Shown piece by piece: positions 1 through 9,999 of a DNA stretch of 64,000 nucleotides. Both the position numbers and the translations under genes were made by a program. Position 1 is the first letter of the stretch; each line of letters begins with the position of its first letter. The stretch comes from an uncultured delta proteobacterium. Lineage in GTDB: Bacteria > Desulfobacterota > Desulfobacteria > Desulfobacterales > UBA2156. The notes under the pieces are model-generated. The model was given only the letters and a program-made list of their open reading frames with translations, did not search any database and was not told the DNA's origin. The stretch spans positions 79,328-143,327 of the forward strand of contig CAVTQK010000006.1 of NCBI GenBank assembly GCA_963736855.1, given 5' to 3'.

Positions 1-64
1 CATGAAAAATTTTCATCTCCGGACCCATCATAATACACACTTGTTTTCTGAAAGGATTCCCGGT

Positions 65-709
65 ATGATATATAAAATGAAAAGGAAAATCGTTTTCTTG
101 ATCATCGCCGGGATACTATCGGCGACGGGTTGCACCGCCCAGACCGGCTTTCAAAAGACCCCTGCGGAAAGGATGAAACAAGACCGCACCGAAAAGATGC
201 CCACCGGGCAGGCGGCGGCTTTCAAGCCGGGGGAGATTCTGGTCCGCTTCAACCCATCCGCCAAACCGGAGGCCATAGAGGATTTTTGCGCAAAATCCGG
301 CCTTTCCATTTTGCACAGGTTCAATTCGCCTGGACTTTATCTTCTTTCCATCCAGGACCAAAACAAAGTGCCCGAAAAAATCAAGGAAGTCGAAACCCAT
401 CCGCTGGTGGCCTATGCGGAACCCAACTATATTTTCAGCCTCGACAACTCTAAAAAGGAACCGACCCACGTGCCCGGTGAAGCGTTGGTGCGATTTGAGG
501 CGAAGACGGAAAGATCTCGCGTGGAACTCATTCTCAAGGAATTGGATCTTCAAATCATAGAGGCCTTTGCCCTGCCGAATCTCTATCGGGTCAAAGCCAC
601 AGCCCCTTCAACTTCCACAGAAGAGATTGTCAATCGGTTGACAGCCTGTCCGGAAGTGCTCTACGCAGAACCGAATTTTGTCTTTACCCTGGAACCCTCA
701 ACCCGGTAG
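65..709 (+). CDS. Secreted lipoprotein built from two tandem subtilisin-propeptide (inhibitor I9)-like domains, no catalytic domain
   Basis: ORF 2..709. The likely start is ATG 65 or 77, giving MKRKIVFLIIAGILSATGC (lipobox). Two internal repeats (GEILVRFNP...AYAEPNYIFSL and GEALVRFEA...LYAEPNFVFTL) resemble the propeptide of the downstream S8 peptidase (GEVLVKFKP...EYVEPNYIYRI). Confidence 0.6.
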   Translation: MIYKMKRKIVFLIIAGILSATGCTAQTGFQKTPAERMKQDRTEKMPTGQAAAFKPGEILVRFNPSAKPEAIEDFCAKSGLSILHRFNSPGLYLLSIQDQNKVPEKIKEVETHPLVAYAEPNYIFSLDNSKKEPTHVPGEALVRFEAKTERSRVELILKELDLQIIEAFALPNLYRVKATAPSTSTEEIVNRLTACPEVLYAEPNFVFTLEPSTR

Positions 710-723
710 GGAGAGAACTCAAT

Positions 724-2428
724 ATGAAAAAACTATTCGTCTTGCCGCTTTCGGTCCTTCTTCTGTTTTTTCTTTTTTTAAATGTCGCCTGGGCCGAACA
801 TCCTGCAAACGAATCGAACAGGCTGAAATCCCTGGGAGATTATATACCCGGCGAGGTCTTGGTGAAATTCAAGCCTCAGGCGCGGCTTTCCGCTCTCTCC
901 GAATATCAGGATCGGCATAACCTTTCTTCCATTCAAGCCTTTTCCACCATCGGCGTGGAGCATTTAAAGCTGCCGGAAGGATTGGATGTCGTGTCGGCCG
1001 TCAAGATGATGCAATCGGATCCGAACGTCGAGTATGTCGAGCCCAACTACATCTATCGAATTACGACGGTTCCCAATGATCCGTATTTCGGTCTGTTATG
1101 GGGATTGAACAATACCGGCCAGAATGTGAACGGAACCGCAGGGAAGGCCGGAGCGGACATCGACGCCGTGCAGGCATGGGACAGAACCACCGGAAATCCC
1201 AATGTGATCGTGGCGGTCATCGATTCCGGGGTTTTGACGTCCCATCCGGATTTGGCGGCCAACATCTGGGTCAACACCAATGAGATTCCCGGAAACGGGA
1301 TCGATGACGATCTGAACGGGTTTATCGATGACGTGAACGGCTGGGATTTTGTATTCAACGACAGCAATCCCGATGACGAAAACGGCCACGGCACCCATGT
1401 GGCCGGAACGATCGCGGCCGTGGGAAACAACAAAATAGGTGTGACAGGCGTCAGCTGGAACAGCCAAGATTATGGTGCTTCGAGCCTTCGACAGAGACGG
1501 TTTTGGAACCGCGGCTGCTGAACTTAATTCAATCCTGTATGCAAGCTCCAAGGGTGCCCATGTTATCAACAACAGCTGGGGGGGACCCGGCTTCGCGCAA
1601 TCACTAAAAGACGCCATCGATGCATCCCCGGCGGTGGTGGTCTGCGCAGCCGGAAACGGGGGCAATGACAGTATCGGGGATAATAATGATTCTCTTCCTC
1701 ATTATCCCTCGGGGTATTCCAGCGCCAATATCATCGCGGTAGCAGCGACGGATCAAAACGATGACCTTGCCTCTTTCTCAAATTACGGTCCCACTACCGT
1801 AGATGTTGCGGCACCCGGAGTAAATATTCTCAGCACCTGGAATGATGGGGATTATCAATATTTGCAAGGCACCTCCATGGCCACCCCCCATGTCTCCGGG
1901 CTCGCGGCGCTTTTATGGGGATATTCCGGGTCTTCAGCCTCTCAAAACCGGCTCCTGGCTGCCGGGGATATCATCTCCCAAATCCGATCGACCGTGGATC
2001 CCTTGGACTCTCTTTCCGGACTGATCGCCACCGGCGGCCGTATCAATGCGGATAAGGCGCTTGGCGGCAGCGGAGAAGATGATGAAGGCAGCGGATGTTT
2101 TATCGCCACAGCGGCCTTCGGCTCCTATACCGCACCCCATGTCAAAATTCTGCGCAATTTCCGGGATCGCTACCTAAAATCCAGCGACTACGGAAAGGCC
2201 TTTGTACGCTTCTATTACCGAAACTCACCGGAATGGGCCGACAGGATCCGAGGAAATCAAAACCTGCGTTGGGCCGTGCGTACCGCATTGTTGCCGGTAG
2301 TGGGAATCAGCTGGTTGGCTTTGAAAATCGGCATCTTTCCCCTGCTCGCTTCTCTCTTCATCCTCTTGCTCATGGGTTGTATCCCTCGTTTTAGGAAAAA
2401 GGGAGATCGCCCACCGCTTTTGTCGTGA
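724..2428 (+). pseudogene. Subtilisin-like S8 serine peptidase (signal peptide, I9 propeptide, catalytic domain, CFIATAA C-terminal domain) with one frame break
   Basis: ORFs 724..1521 and 1472..2428 are two halves of one S8 peptidase. Asp (VAVIDSGV) and His (HGTHVAGT) lie in the first half, NNSWGG and Ser (GTSMATPHVSG) in the second. The frames join as GVSWN|AKIMVLRAFD if one base is removed near 1461-1465. This may be an assembly error rather than real decay. Confidence 0.8.
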
Positions 2429-2454
2429 AAACCATGAACCCAGGTTTTAATCGA

Positions 2455-2484
2455 GTGTGGGCGGACATGGAAGTCCGCCCACAC
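2455..2484 (+). terminator. Perfect 12-bp GC-rich hairpin between the peptidase gene and gspF (terminator or attenuator candidate, no U-tract)
   Basis: gtgtgggcggac-atggaa-gtccgcccacac, read directly from the sequence. It is followed by tgtctaaagag, not a T-run. Confidence 0.4.
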
Positions 2485-2503
2485 TGTCTAAAGAGCCTGA
2501 CTT

Positions 2504-3733
2504 ATGCCGGTATTCGAATACAGGGCATTGAATGAAAAAGGAAGGCGTGTGTCCGGCATCGTGGACGCCGAAAGTCCGGTTGCGGCCCGGCAAAAACTGC
2601 GCACCTCCCAGATCTTTCCCATCTCCATTCATGAAATATCAAGGCTATCTAACGTAAAGCATCCCCGATCCGTCTCCTTCATGTTGACCCTTTTCAGACG
2701 GATTAGGATCTCGGAGATCGCCATAACCACCCGGGGAATCGCCACTCTCCTGAGTGCCGGTTTTCCCCTGGTTGCCGCCCTGGAGACTCTCATCTTCCAG
2801 ACCAAAGCGCCTGCACTTCAAAAAGTCTTGGCAAAAGTTAAAGATCTTGTTGTCGAGGGGAACAGCTTCGCTTTTGCGCTGTCCCAATTCCCAGGGGCTT
2901 TTTCGCCCCTTTATATCAACATGGCGCAGGCCGGGGAAGCTTCCGGCACCCTGGAAATCATTCTCGAGCGCTTAGCAGACATGATGGAAAATCAGTTGGA
3001 TTTGAACAACCGCATCCGGAATGCGCTGGCCTATCCCCTATTCATGACCCTTTTGGGAACTGCCGTACTTTTCTTTCTGATGACGGTGATCGTCCCCAAT
3101 ATCGCCGCCGTATTTGCCGAAATGGGACGCGTGCTTCCGGCACCGACGCGTCTGCTCATCGCCGCAAGCGATCTCATTCAATCCTTTTGGTGGCTTATCC
3201 TCATCCTTTGTTTCAGCGGGATCATGGTGTTTTTCAGGGTCAAGAAGTCTCCCCATGGCCGCGATTTTATCGATCGCATGATCCTTCGGACACCGCTTAT
3301 CGGGTTTTTAGTCGTTCGCCTTTCTACTGCGCGGTTCGCCCGGACACTCGGTTCTCTTCTGGAAAACGGGGTTCCCCTGCTCCAGGCCCTCGACATTGTT
3401 CAAAACATTGTGGGATATACCCCCATTTCCAAGGCCATTAAGGCTGCCTCCAGGGAAGTCGAGAAAGGAAGCGGACTGGCAGAGGCCATGGCCTCCAATG
3501 GAGTCTTTCCGAATCTCTTCATGCAGATGTTAAAGGTCGGGGAACAAAGCGGCAAACTGGAGGCCATGCTGAAAAGGACCGCCTCCATCTACGAAAAGGA
3601 GGTAACCGCTCAGGTGACCCGGATGACCTCCCTTTTGGAACCGATCATGATCCTGGTTATGGGAGTTATTGTCGGAGGCATCGTTTTGTCCATTTGTCTG
3701 CCCATCTTCGAAATGAATCAACTGGTCTTTTAA
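2504..3733 (+). CDS. gspF: Type II secretion system inner-membrane platform protein GspF
   Basis: 409 aa. The N-terminus MPVFEYRALNEKGRRVSGIVDAESPVAARQKLR is typical of GspF/PilC, with two repeated cytoplasmic/TM modules. It heads a gsp cluster. Confidence 0.9.
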   Translation: MPVFEYRALNEKGRRVSGIVDAESPVAARQKLRTSQIFPISIHEISRLSNVKHPRSVSFMLTLFRRIRISEIAITTRGIATLLSAGFPLVAALETLIFQTKAPALQKVLAKVKDLVVEGNSFAFALSQFPGAFSPLYINMAQAGEASGTLEIILERLADMMENQLDLNNRIRNALAYPLFMTLLGTAVLFFLMTVIVPNIAAVFAEMGRVLPAPTRLLIAASDLIQSFWWLILILCFSGIMVFFRVKKSPHGRDFIDRMILRTPLIGFLVVRLSTARFARTLGSLLENGVPLLQALDIVQNIVGYTPISKAIKAASREVEKGSGLAEAMASNGVFPNLFMQMLKVGEQSGKLEAMLKRTASIYEKEVTAQVTRMTSLLEPIMILVMGVIVGGIVLSICLPIFEMNQLVF

Positions 3734-3754
3734 CAAAAATAGGCGAGGATCACC

Positions 3755-4234
3755 ATGCAAGCTTTGCAACAAAACATACTGAAAAACAGGCCCTGCAAAC
3801 CCTTTATGGGAGAAGCCGGGTTCACCCTGATTGAACTGATGGTCGTTATCGTCATCCTGGGAATTCTTGCAACCCTGATTCTTCCAAAAATCATGGATCG
3901 CCCCGATGAGGCCAAGCAACTCAGTGCGAAAATCCAGATTCAAAGCCTGGAAACCGCCTTGAAGATCTACAGGCTAGATAATGACGGGTATCCCACCACG
4001 GAACAGGGGCTCACGGCCCTGGTGGAACCGCCCCAGACCGGCCCTCCTGCAAAGAAATGGCGTCAGGGCGGGTATCTCGAAAAAGGGAAAGTCCCTAAGG
4101 ATCCCTGGGGAAACGATTTCATTTACCTGAGCCCAGGGGTGCATGGAGACTGTGACATCATTTCTTACGGTGCCGACGGAGTGCCCGAAGGTGAGGGAAA
4201 AAACAAGGATATCGCCAATTGGGAAATCGAATAG
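3755..4234 (+). CDS. gspG: Major pseudopilin GspG
   Basis: Prepilin motif G|[17 protein letters not shown], followed by the GspG-type body ([37 protein letters not shown]). A GAGG RBS lies upstream of ATG 3755. Confidence 0.9.
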   Translation: MQALQQNILKNRPCKPFMGEAGFTLIELMVVIVILGILATLILPKIMDRPDEAKQLSAKIQIQSLETALKIYRLDNDGYPTTEQGLTALVEPPQTGPPAKKWRQGGYLEKGKVPKDPWGNDFIYLSPGVHGDCDIISYGADGVPEGEGKNKDIANWEIE

Positions 4235-4712
4235 AGGCTTTTCCCTGGTTGAGCTGGTGGTGGTTTTTGCCTTGATCGGCCTGATGCTTGTTTTTGCAAT
4301 CCCCCGATTTCAGCAAAAGCTGCTTCCGGAAGATTCCCGGAAAGTCGCCCGATGGCTCATGGTACATACCGCAACAGCCCGGACCCGCGCCGTTGCCGAA
4401 CAGGTTCGATTCGTCCTGAATGTGGGGATCAGTGAAAACCGGCTGTGGTTCACGGACAATTCGATGCTCGAAGAAGCGGCACTTGCCGCCAAAGAAAAAT
4501 CCCTGATTTTGGACAATAACATTCGCATCCGGAAAGTAGAATACCCTGGAAAAAATGCTGTCATTTCTGGAGTTGCTGAAATCTCCTTTTATCCCGACGG
4601 CCATGCCGATCCGGCCTGGATTCAATTGACAGATACAACCGGACCGCCGGTCTTTCTTTTCGTTGAACCTTTTTTACCCCGGGTGAGATATCAAGATGCC
4701 AAAGTTGAATGA
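4143..4712 (+). CDS. gspH: Minor pseudopilin (GspH-like)
   Basis: Prepilin motif RG|[17 protein letters not shown]. The only in-frame ATG (4143) lies 92 nt inside gspG, and no ATG/GTG/TTG occurs between it and the cleavage motif, so the start is uncertain. Confidence 0.55.
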   Translation: METVTSFLTVPTECPKVREKTRISPIGKSNRGFSLVELVVVFALIGLMLVFAIPRFQQKLLPEDSRKVARWLMVHTATARTRAVAEQVRFVLNVGISENRLWFTDNSMLEEAALAAKEKSLILDNNIRIRKVEYPGKNAVISGVAEISFYPDGHADPAWIQLTDTTGPPVFLFVEPFLPRVRYQDAKVE

Positions 4713-5094
4713 TTCCAATAAGGCACCCCGGGGGTTCACACTCCTTGAAATCATGGTGGCCGTTTCCATCATCGCCATCGTCTCAACGGCTATCTACCAG
4801 CTGCATTTCTTTTCTCTTTCTGAAAGCCACAGGACTCATCTGGAGGGACAATGTCTCCTGCTAGCCCAGAAAAAACTTTCGGAAATAGATGATTCTAACG
4901 GGGACACCCCAACCAAAGCTTCGGGAGATTTCGGAGAAGATTTCCCGGGCTTTCGATGGGAGATGCAGGTTGACGGGATTCAGTCCGATATTCTTAAGGA
5001 AACCGGGAAAGATTTGAAACAGATTGACCTGAAGGTTTTTTCCGATCGATCATCGGTTCTTTATGCAATCCGTGTTTACCGTTTTTTCCGATAG
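4696..5094 (+). CDS. gspI: Minor pseudopilin (GspI-like)
   Basis: [13 protein letters not shown]|FTLLEIMVAVSIIAIV prepilin N-terminus; the size (132 aa) and position fit GspI. Confidence 0.6.
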   Translation: MPKLNDSNKAPRGFTLLEIMVAVSIIAIVSTAIYQLHFFSLSESHRTHLEGQCLLLAQKKLSEIDDSNGDTPTKASGDFGEDFPGFRWEMQVDGIQSDILKETGKDLKQIDLKVFSDRSSVLYAIRVYRFFR

Positions 5095-5859
5095 ATGAAA
5101 GAGACCAGCGACATGGCTCATCGCCGCATCTATGGAACACCCTCCCATATCACGAGGAGGAAACGTCATTTCTTTCCGGCTATCTGTTCGATAACCCGAG
5201 GATTTACCCTCATCGAGATTCTGCTGGCCTTTTTCATATTCAGTATCGTCGCCGCTACGGTCTTCGGATCCTATCAATCGGTCTTTTCCAATGCCGAGAC
5301 CGTCCTACAGGTGGCTTCCGATGACGAGATGGGGCTTTCTTGCATGCACCGAATGGTTTTAGATCTGTCTTCCATCGTCTTTTCCCTCCCGCCCCTCTAC
5401 AGGGCCAACACGGTCAACGATGAACCTGATTTATACCGCCTCCTGGGAGAAAGGGAGTGGATCGGTGATCAGGACTTTTCTTCCATCCGTTTTGCTACCC
5501 TGGCGTATGTGCCGATGGGAGGAACCCCTGTCGAGGCCATATCCAAGATCCGTTATTTCGTGGAGGCTGTCGGACCCGATAGCTTTATTTTAAAACGTTC
5601 GGCGGATGTGTATCCATTTTTCAAGGATTTCTCTCCAGAAACCGCTTATGTAATATGCGATCGGGTCCGATCCCTGGCGATCACTTTTTTTGGTGAAAAA
5701 GGGGTCACCTTCGACCGTTGGGATTCGGACTCCTCGGATTTCGGCCGGTTGACCCCAAGGGCCGTCCTTATCCGACTCGAAGTCGGCAATAAAGCAGCTT
5801 TTCGAACATTTGAAACCCGTGTAGCCTTCCCTTTGTTCAGAGACCGGATAGCCCAATAA
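5095..5859 (+). CDS. gspJ: Minor pseudopilin (GspJ-like)
   Basis: TRG|FTLIEILLAFFIFSIVAATVF prepilin motif after a long leader. The size (254 aa) and position fit GspJ; an alternative start is Met7. Confidence 0.55.
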   Translation: MKETSDMAHRRIYGTPSHITRRKRHFFPAICSITRGFTLIEILLAFFIFSIVAATVFGSYQSVFSNAETVLQVASDDEMGLSCMHRMVLDLSSIVFSLPPLYRANTVNDEPDLYRLLGEREWIGDQDFSSIRFATLAYVPMGGTPVEAISKIRYFVEAVGPDSFILKRSADVYPFFKDFSPETAYVICDRVRSLAITFFGEKGVTFDRWDSDSSDFGRLTPRAVLIRLEVGNKAAFRTFETRVAFPLFRDRIAQ

Positions 5860-5864
5860 AAAGA

Positions 5865-6959
5865 ATGGATCCAAAGCAGAAGGCACTTTGCCGAAACATC
5901 ATGGGCTCACGCGGGATGGCGCTTTTATTGACCATCGGCGTGATGACCCTAATTGTTTCCACGGTCATTTTCATTCATAAGAGAGTTCGTGACGCCCGAA
6001 TCTTGCCAACAGCTCTTAATCATCGCATGACGCTCCTTTATATGGCATCCTCCGGAATCCATGCCGCCATGGCGGTACTGACCCAGGATAAGGCAAGTTC
6101 GGACATCGATTCCATCCAGGAGGCGTGGGCCGACCCTGCATATTTAAAAAAAGTTTCTGAAACCATACCCTTCGAATCCGGGGAAGTGTCCTTGGTCATC
6201 AGCGACGAACTCGGTAAGATCCAGATTAACGCCCTGGTTAAACAACCCGAAGGACAAAGCTTCAATGACGTCCAGAAGCGTCTGTGGGACAAGTTGCTCC
6301 TTTATTTTAAAGATCAGCTCAAAAATCAGGATATCGACTTTCAGCCGGAGACGATCATCGCCGCCGTTAAAGACTGGATGGATGTCGGGGAAGGGGATAC
6401 CGTCACCGGCCTGGGAGGCGGCGAATCCGACTATTACCAGAGCCTCAATCAGCCCTATTCCTGCAAAAACGGCCCGATAACCCACCTTGGCGAACTCGCC
6501 CTAATTAAAGGGATCCCTCCCGATCTCTTCACAGCGCTGGGAGGAACCGCCGGACTCTCCAAGTATCTTTCGGTTCATGGCGTTTCTCCGTCGAGCGGCA
6601 CCGCGCCCGAATTCAAAGGAAAAATCAACATTAACACCGCCGATCTCCCTATCCTGGCCGCCCTGCTTCCCATCGGAGAAGAGGGGCTGGCTCAGGCCAT
6701 CTACGACTTTCGGGGGGATCGAACGGAAAATACATTCGTTCATAATCTTTCCGATCCGAATTGGTACAAACAGGCTCCGGGGTGTAATCATCTTCGGATC
6801 GATCCCGAACTGATCACCCTCTCAAGCGACCTCTTCCGGATCGAAGCGATCGCAGCCATAGGAACAGCAAAACTTACCGTTGTCACCGTAGTGGCCAGGG
6901 AAAAAAAGGAGGGAACGAAACAGTGGGCCTGTAAGGTGTTGAGTTGGCATGTCATATGA
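5865..6959 (+). CDS. gspK: Minor pseudopilin GspK
   Basis: N-terminal TM segment GMALLLTIGVMTLIV, and a helix-hairpin-helix-like ININTADLPILAALLPIGEEGLAQAIYDFR region typical of GspK. Confidence 0.7.
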   Translation: MDPKQKALCRNIMGSRGMALLLTIGVMTLIVSTVIFIHKRVRDARILPTALNHRMTLLYMASSGIHAAMAVLTQDKASSDIDSIQEAWADPAYLKKVSETIPFESGEVSLVISDELGKIQINALVKQPEGQSFNDVQKRLWDKLLLYFKDQLKNQDIDFQPETIIAAVKDWMDVGEGDTVTGLGGGESDYYQSLNQPYSCKNGPITHLGELALIKGIPPDLFTALGGTAGLSKYLSVHGVSPSSGTAPEFKGKININTADLPILAALLPIGEEGLAQAIYDFRGDRTENTFVHNLSDPNWYKQAPGCNHLRIDPELITLSSDLFRIEAIAAIGTAKLTVVTVVAREKKEGTKQWACKVLSWHVI

Positions 6960-7012
6960 AGTATGGTAAGCGCGACGAGTGATGGTATCCGAAAGGACAT
7001 TGACGATTTTCA

Positions 7013-8482
7013 GTGGAAGGGTGGATGATGCCCCAAAAGACCCTCGGAATCGACATCGGAAACATCGGGATTTCCGCGCTGCTGCTTGAAAGCGGAATCT
7101 TCGGCCACCGGATCGGAGGGTATAAATATATCCCCTTCTCCGATTCACAACCCGATGATGACGCCATCATCTCTGCATTGAAAAGCGCCGTCGATGGTAT
7201 GCCGATAGCCGGAGCCCGTTGTGCGGTATCCATTCCCGCCCGTCACGTCTATTTCCGGAATCTTCGCCTCCCGTCGTTTGAGGCAAAAAAAATAAGGCCC
7301 ATACTCCTTTTTGAACTGGAACCGCTGCTCCCGTTTCCTGTGGAAGATCTGATCACCGACTTCAGCCTTTTTTGGGATTCTCAAAATCCTGATCAAACCG
7401 ACATCGTCACAGCTACCACTCAAAAAGCGGAATTGTCGAAATGGCTTGATATTTTAAAATCCGCAGGCCTCGAACCGGAAACAGTCACCTTCGAGGGATA
7501 CGCCATGGCACGCTGCCTGGCGGAAATGACCCAGGTGCCTGACGATTGGATACTGGCGCATGTCGATAAGACCATAGCCACTCTCTTCGTTTTTCATTCC
7601 GGGCAACTGGCTTTCATCCGGTATTCTTCGATACCTTCAGAGAAAACACTCCTGGAAGACGCCCTTTCTTCCGTCATCCGTCAAACGATCTGGGCCTTTG
7701 AAAATGTTTTTTCTTTTGATTATCAACCTAAAACCGTAAAAATTGACTTTAAAACGGAAAATGGGAATCTGGAACTTTTTAGCGCGCTTGAAAAAATGCT
7801 CAAAATTCCGGTAAAGCCCGTCGACTTTGCCCAAGGAATGAAATCAAAAAAAAATCCTTTCCCGGATCTGCCGGAGGACTCGGTCGGAATCAATTCCGCA
7901 CTTTCCCTTTCACTGATGAAAGGTCAGCAAATACGCGGGATAAACTTCCTTCAGGAAGCCTTTTCCCCCAAAACGCGGTTTGCCGAATATCAATCTGATT
8001 TTTTCAAAACAGGATTGATTTTCCTTGCCGCACTGATCCTTGCAGGTGCCTATTTATTTATGGACATGCGTTCCATGGCGAAAAAAGTATCCCGATTGAA
8101 CGCGCACATGACCCAGACGTTTCAAAGTGCCTTCCCTGAAGAAAAGGTCATTGTTGACCCGGTAGGTCAGATGAAGGCCAAAATTGAAGAGTTGAAAAAA
8201 CGATCGTTTCCAACCGAAAGAAAGGGTAACTGGATAAGACGGATTGACCTTTTAAAAGAAATCAGCACGCGGGTCCCGACACAAATGGATGTGGATATTT
8301 TAAAATTGACGACAGGTGATGAGGATCTCGTGATGACCGGGAATACTGACACCTTCAATACGGTCAACGACATGAAGCGTCAGCTTGAAGGATCCCCCTT
8401 GTTCAAGGAAATCACCATCAGTTCCACGAACCTGAACCGCTCCGGAAACCGCGTGGATTTCGTAATGACGATTCGATTTTAA
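7013..8482 (+). CDS. gspL: T2SS assembly protein GspL-like (actin-like cytoplasmic domain, TM segment, periplasmic domain)
   Basis: TLGIDIGNIGISALLLE actin/PilM-like start, a central TM segment (GLIFLAALILAGAYLF), and a position between gspK and a gspM-like gene. Confidence 0.55.
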   Translation: MEGWMMPQKTLGIDIGNIGISALLLESGIFGHRIGGYKYIPFSDSQPDDDAIISALKSAVDGMPIAGARCAVSIPARHVYFRNLRLPSFEAKKIRPILLFELEPLLPFPVEDLITDFSLFWDSQNPDQTDIVTATTQKAELSKWLDILKSAGLEPETVTFEGYAMARCLAEMTQVPDDWILAHVDKTIATLFVFHSGQLAFIRYSSIPSEKTLLEDALSSVIRQTIWAFENVFSFDYQPKTVKIDFKTENGNLELFSALEKMLKIPVKPVDFAQGMKSKKNPFPDLPEDSVGINSALSLSLMKGQQIRGINFLQEAFSPKTRFAEYQSDFFKTGLIFLAALILAGAYLFMDMRSMAKKVSRLNAHMTQTFQSAFPEEKVIVDPVGQMKAKIEELKKRSFPTERKGNWIRRIDLLKEISTRVPTQMDVDILKLTTGDEDLVMTGNTDTFNTVNDMKRQLEGSPLFKEITISSTNLNRSGNRVDFVMTIRF

Positions 8483-8541
8483 ATGCTCGTAAACCATTCC
8501 GGGCCGGGGCCCAACCAAAGCATGGAGATGCGACCCATAAA

Positions 8542-9090
8542 ATGGACCTTATAAAAGGCCTCAATCGATTGAACCTGACACCCAGGGAAAGACTCGGAAT
8601 CGGTGCAGCCATCGGCGCCATCTTTTTTTTTCTGGTCTTGAAACTGCTGGTTTTTCCTTTTTGGGATGCGCGTCACCGGATGCAAAGAAATATTTCTTCT
8701 AAGCAGGCTATGGTCCAGGAGATGCAAAAACTCCAAGGGGAATATCGCATTGCTGCAGACCGGTCCAAAACTGTCTCAAAACGCATGGATGGGCGACGGA
8801 AAGGATTTACGCTGTTCAGTTTCATGGAAGATGCCGCCGTCAAGTCCGGGATCAAGAGCAAAATTGCTTACATGAAGCCTTCGGTGCAATCCATCAAGGA
8901 TTCAACTTTGAAACAATCTTCCATAGAGATGAAACTTGAATCGATTATATCCGAAGAACTGGTCGATTACCTGTACAATATCGAAATGCGCGATCCTCTG
9001 ATCTTCGTCAGACGCATTTCCCTTTTTAAATCCAGCGGCTCAGACGGAAGCATTCAAGCTGTACTACAGGTGGAAACGATTGAAAGATAA
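8542..9090 (+). CDS. gspM: T2SS protein GspM-like (bitopic)
   Basis: 182 aa with a single N-terminal TM segment (GIGAAIGAIFFFLVLKLLVF) followed by a coiled/ferredoxin-like periplasmic part. Called mainly on synteny. Confidence 0.5.
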   Translation: MDLIKGLNRLNLTPRERLGIGAAIGAIFFFLVLKLLVFPFWDARHRMQRNISSKQAMVQEMQKLQGEYRIAADRSKTVSKRMDGRRKGFTLFSFMEDAAVKSGIKSKIAYMKPSVQSIKDSTLKQSSIEMKLESIISEELVDYLYNIEMRDPLIFVRRISLFKSSGSDGSIQAVLQVETIER

Positions 9091-9120
9091 TCGTATAAAT
9101 ATTAGGCCGGCATTTCGATC

Positions 9121-9996
9121 ATGAAGTCAATCAGGAAGTGGACCCTCTTCGGTGGTTATACTCTGATCACCATCGTTCTTTTCCTGTATCTTCTTTTTCC
9201 GGAAGAAACGATCAAAGAATATGCCCAAAACAGGGTGATACAGATGCAGCCGGATCTTACCGTCACAATCGATACCGTACGTCCCTCTTTCCCGCCGGGA
9301 TTACGCTTCAGGGCAGTGTCTCTTCAACATGCCGGAAAACCACTGTTGGCCTTTAGCAACATCCGGGTTTCACGGGAGCTTTCAACGCTTTTCACAAAAA
9401 ATCAGGCCTATGGATTCCTGGCAGCAGCCTATGACGGGAGCATCAAAGGACGCATTCGAGAATATCCGGACGCCTCGGATGCACACCTTTCAGTTCATGC
9501 CCACATCCAGGACATCGAGATCGGAAAACTTTCCGTTTCCAAAACACTTCCCAAGTTCTCTATCGGGGGAAGGCTCAACGGGGAAATTCTTTTAAACAAA
9601 GACAATAAGGAGCAAGTCGATGTCAACGCCCAACTCGAGATTGAAGAGGCAACAATCGAATTGGATACCCCCCTGATTGTTCTGAAAACCCTGTCTTTTC
9701 AAAAGATCCAGACGGACTTGAAAATGCGCAGCCGGACCCTGATCATTCGTCAGTTGTCGGCAAAAGGACCCCAAATGGATGGACGCATTTCCGGTTCTAT
9801 TTTTTTAAGCGGCAACTTGAAGCAAAGCGTCTTGAACCTGACCGGGAAAATTAAGCTGCACCACCTTCTTTTAGCCGGTATCGGAAAAGGATTTCAGTCC
9901 TTTCTCTCTTCCGAGATGAAAAAGGAGCAGGACGGCATTTCTTTTCGGATCAACGGGACCATCGAAAAACCGGCTTTTTCCTTTGCACCTTCCTGA
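9121..9996 (+). CDS. T2SS protein GspN-like
   Basis: 291 aa with an N-terminal TM segment (WTLFGGYTLITIVLFLYLLF) and a position after the gspM-like gene. The assignment rests on synteny and architecture only. Confidence 0.4.
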   Translation: MKSIRKWTLFGGYTLITIVLFLYLLFPEETIKEYAQNRVIQMQPDLTVTIDTVRPSFPPGLRFRAVSLQHAGKPLLAFSNIRVSRELSTLFTKNQAYGFLAAAYDGSIKGRIREYPDASDAHLSVHAHIQDIEIGKLSVSKTLPKFSIGGRLNGEILLNKDNKEQVDVNAQLEIEEATIELDTPLIVLKTLSFQKIQTDLKMRSRTLIIRQLSAKGPQMDGRISGSIFLSGNLKQSVLNLTGKIKLHHLLLAGIGKGFQSFLSSEMKKEQDGISFRINGTIEKPAFSFAPS

Positions 9997-9999
9997 AAG

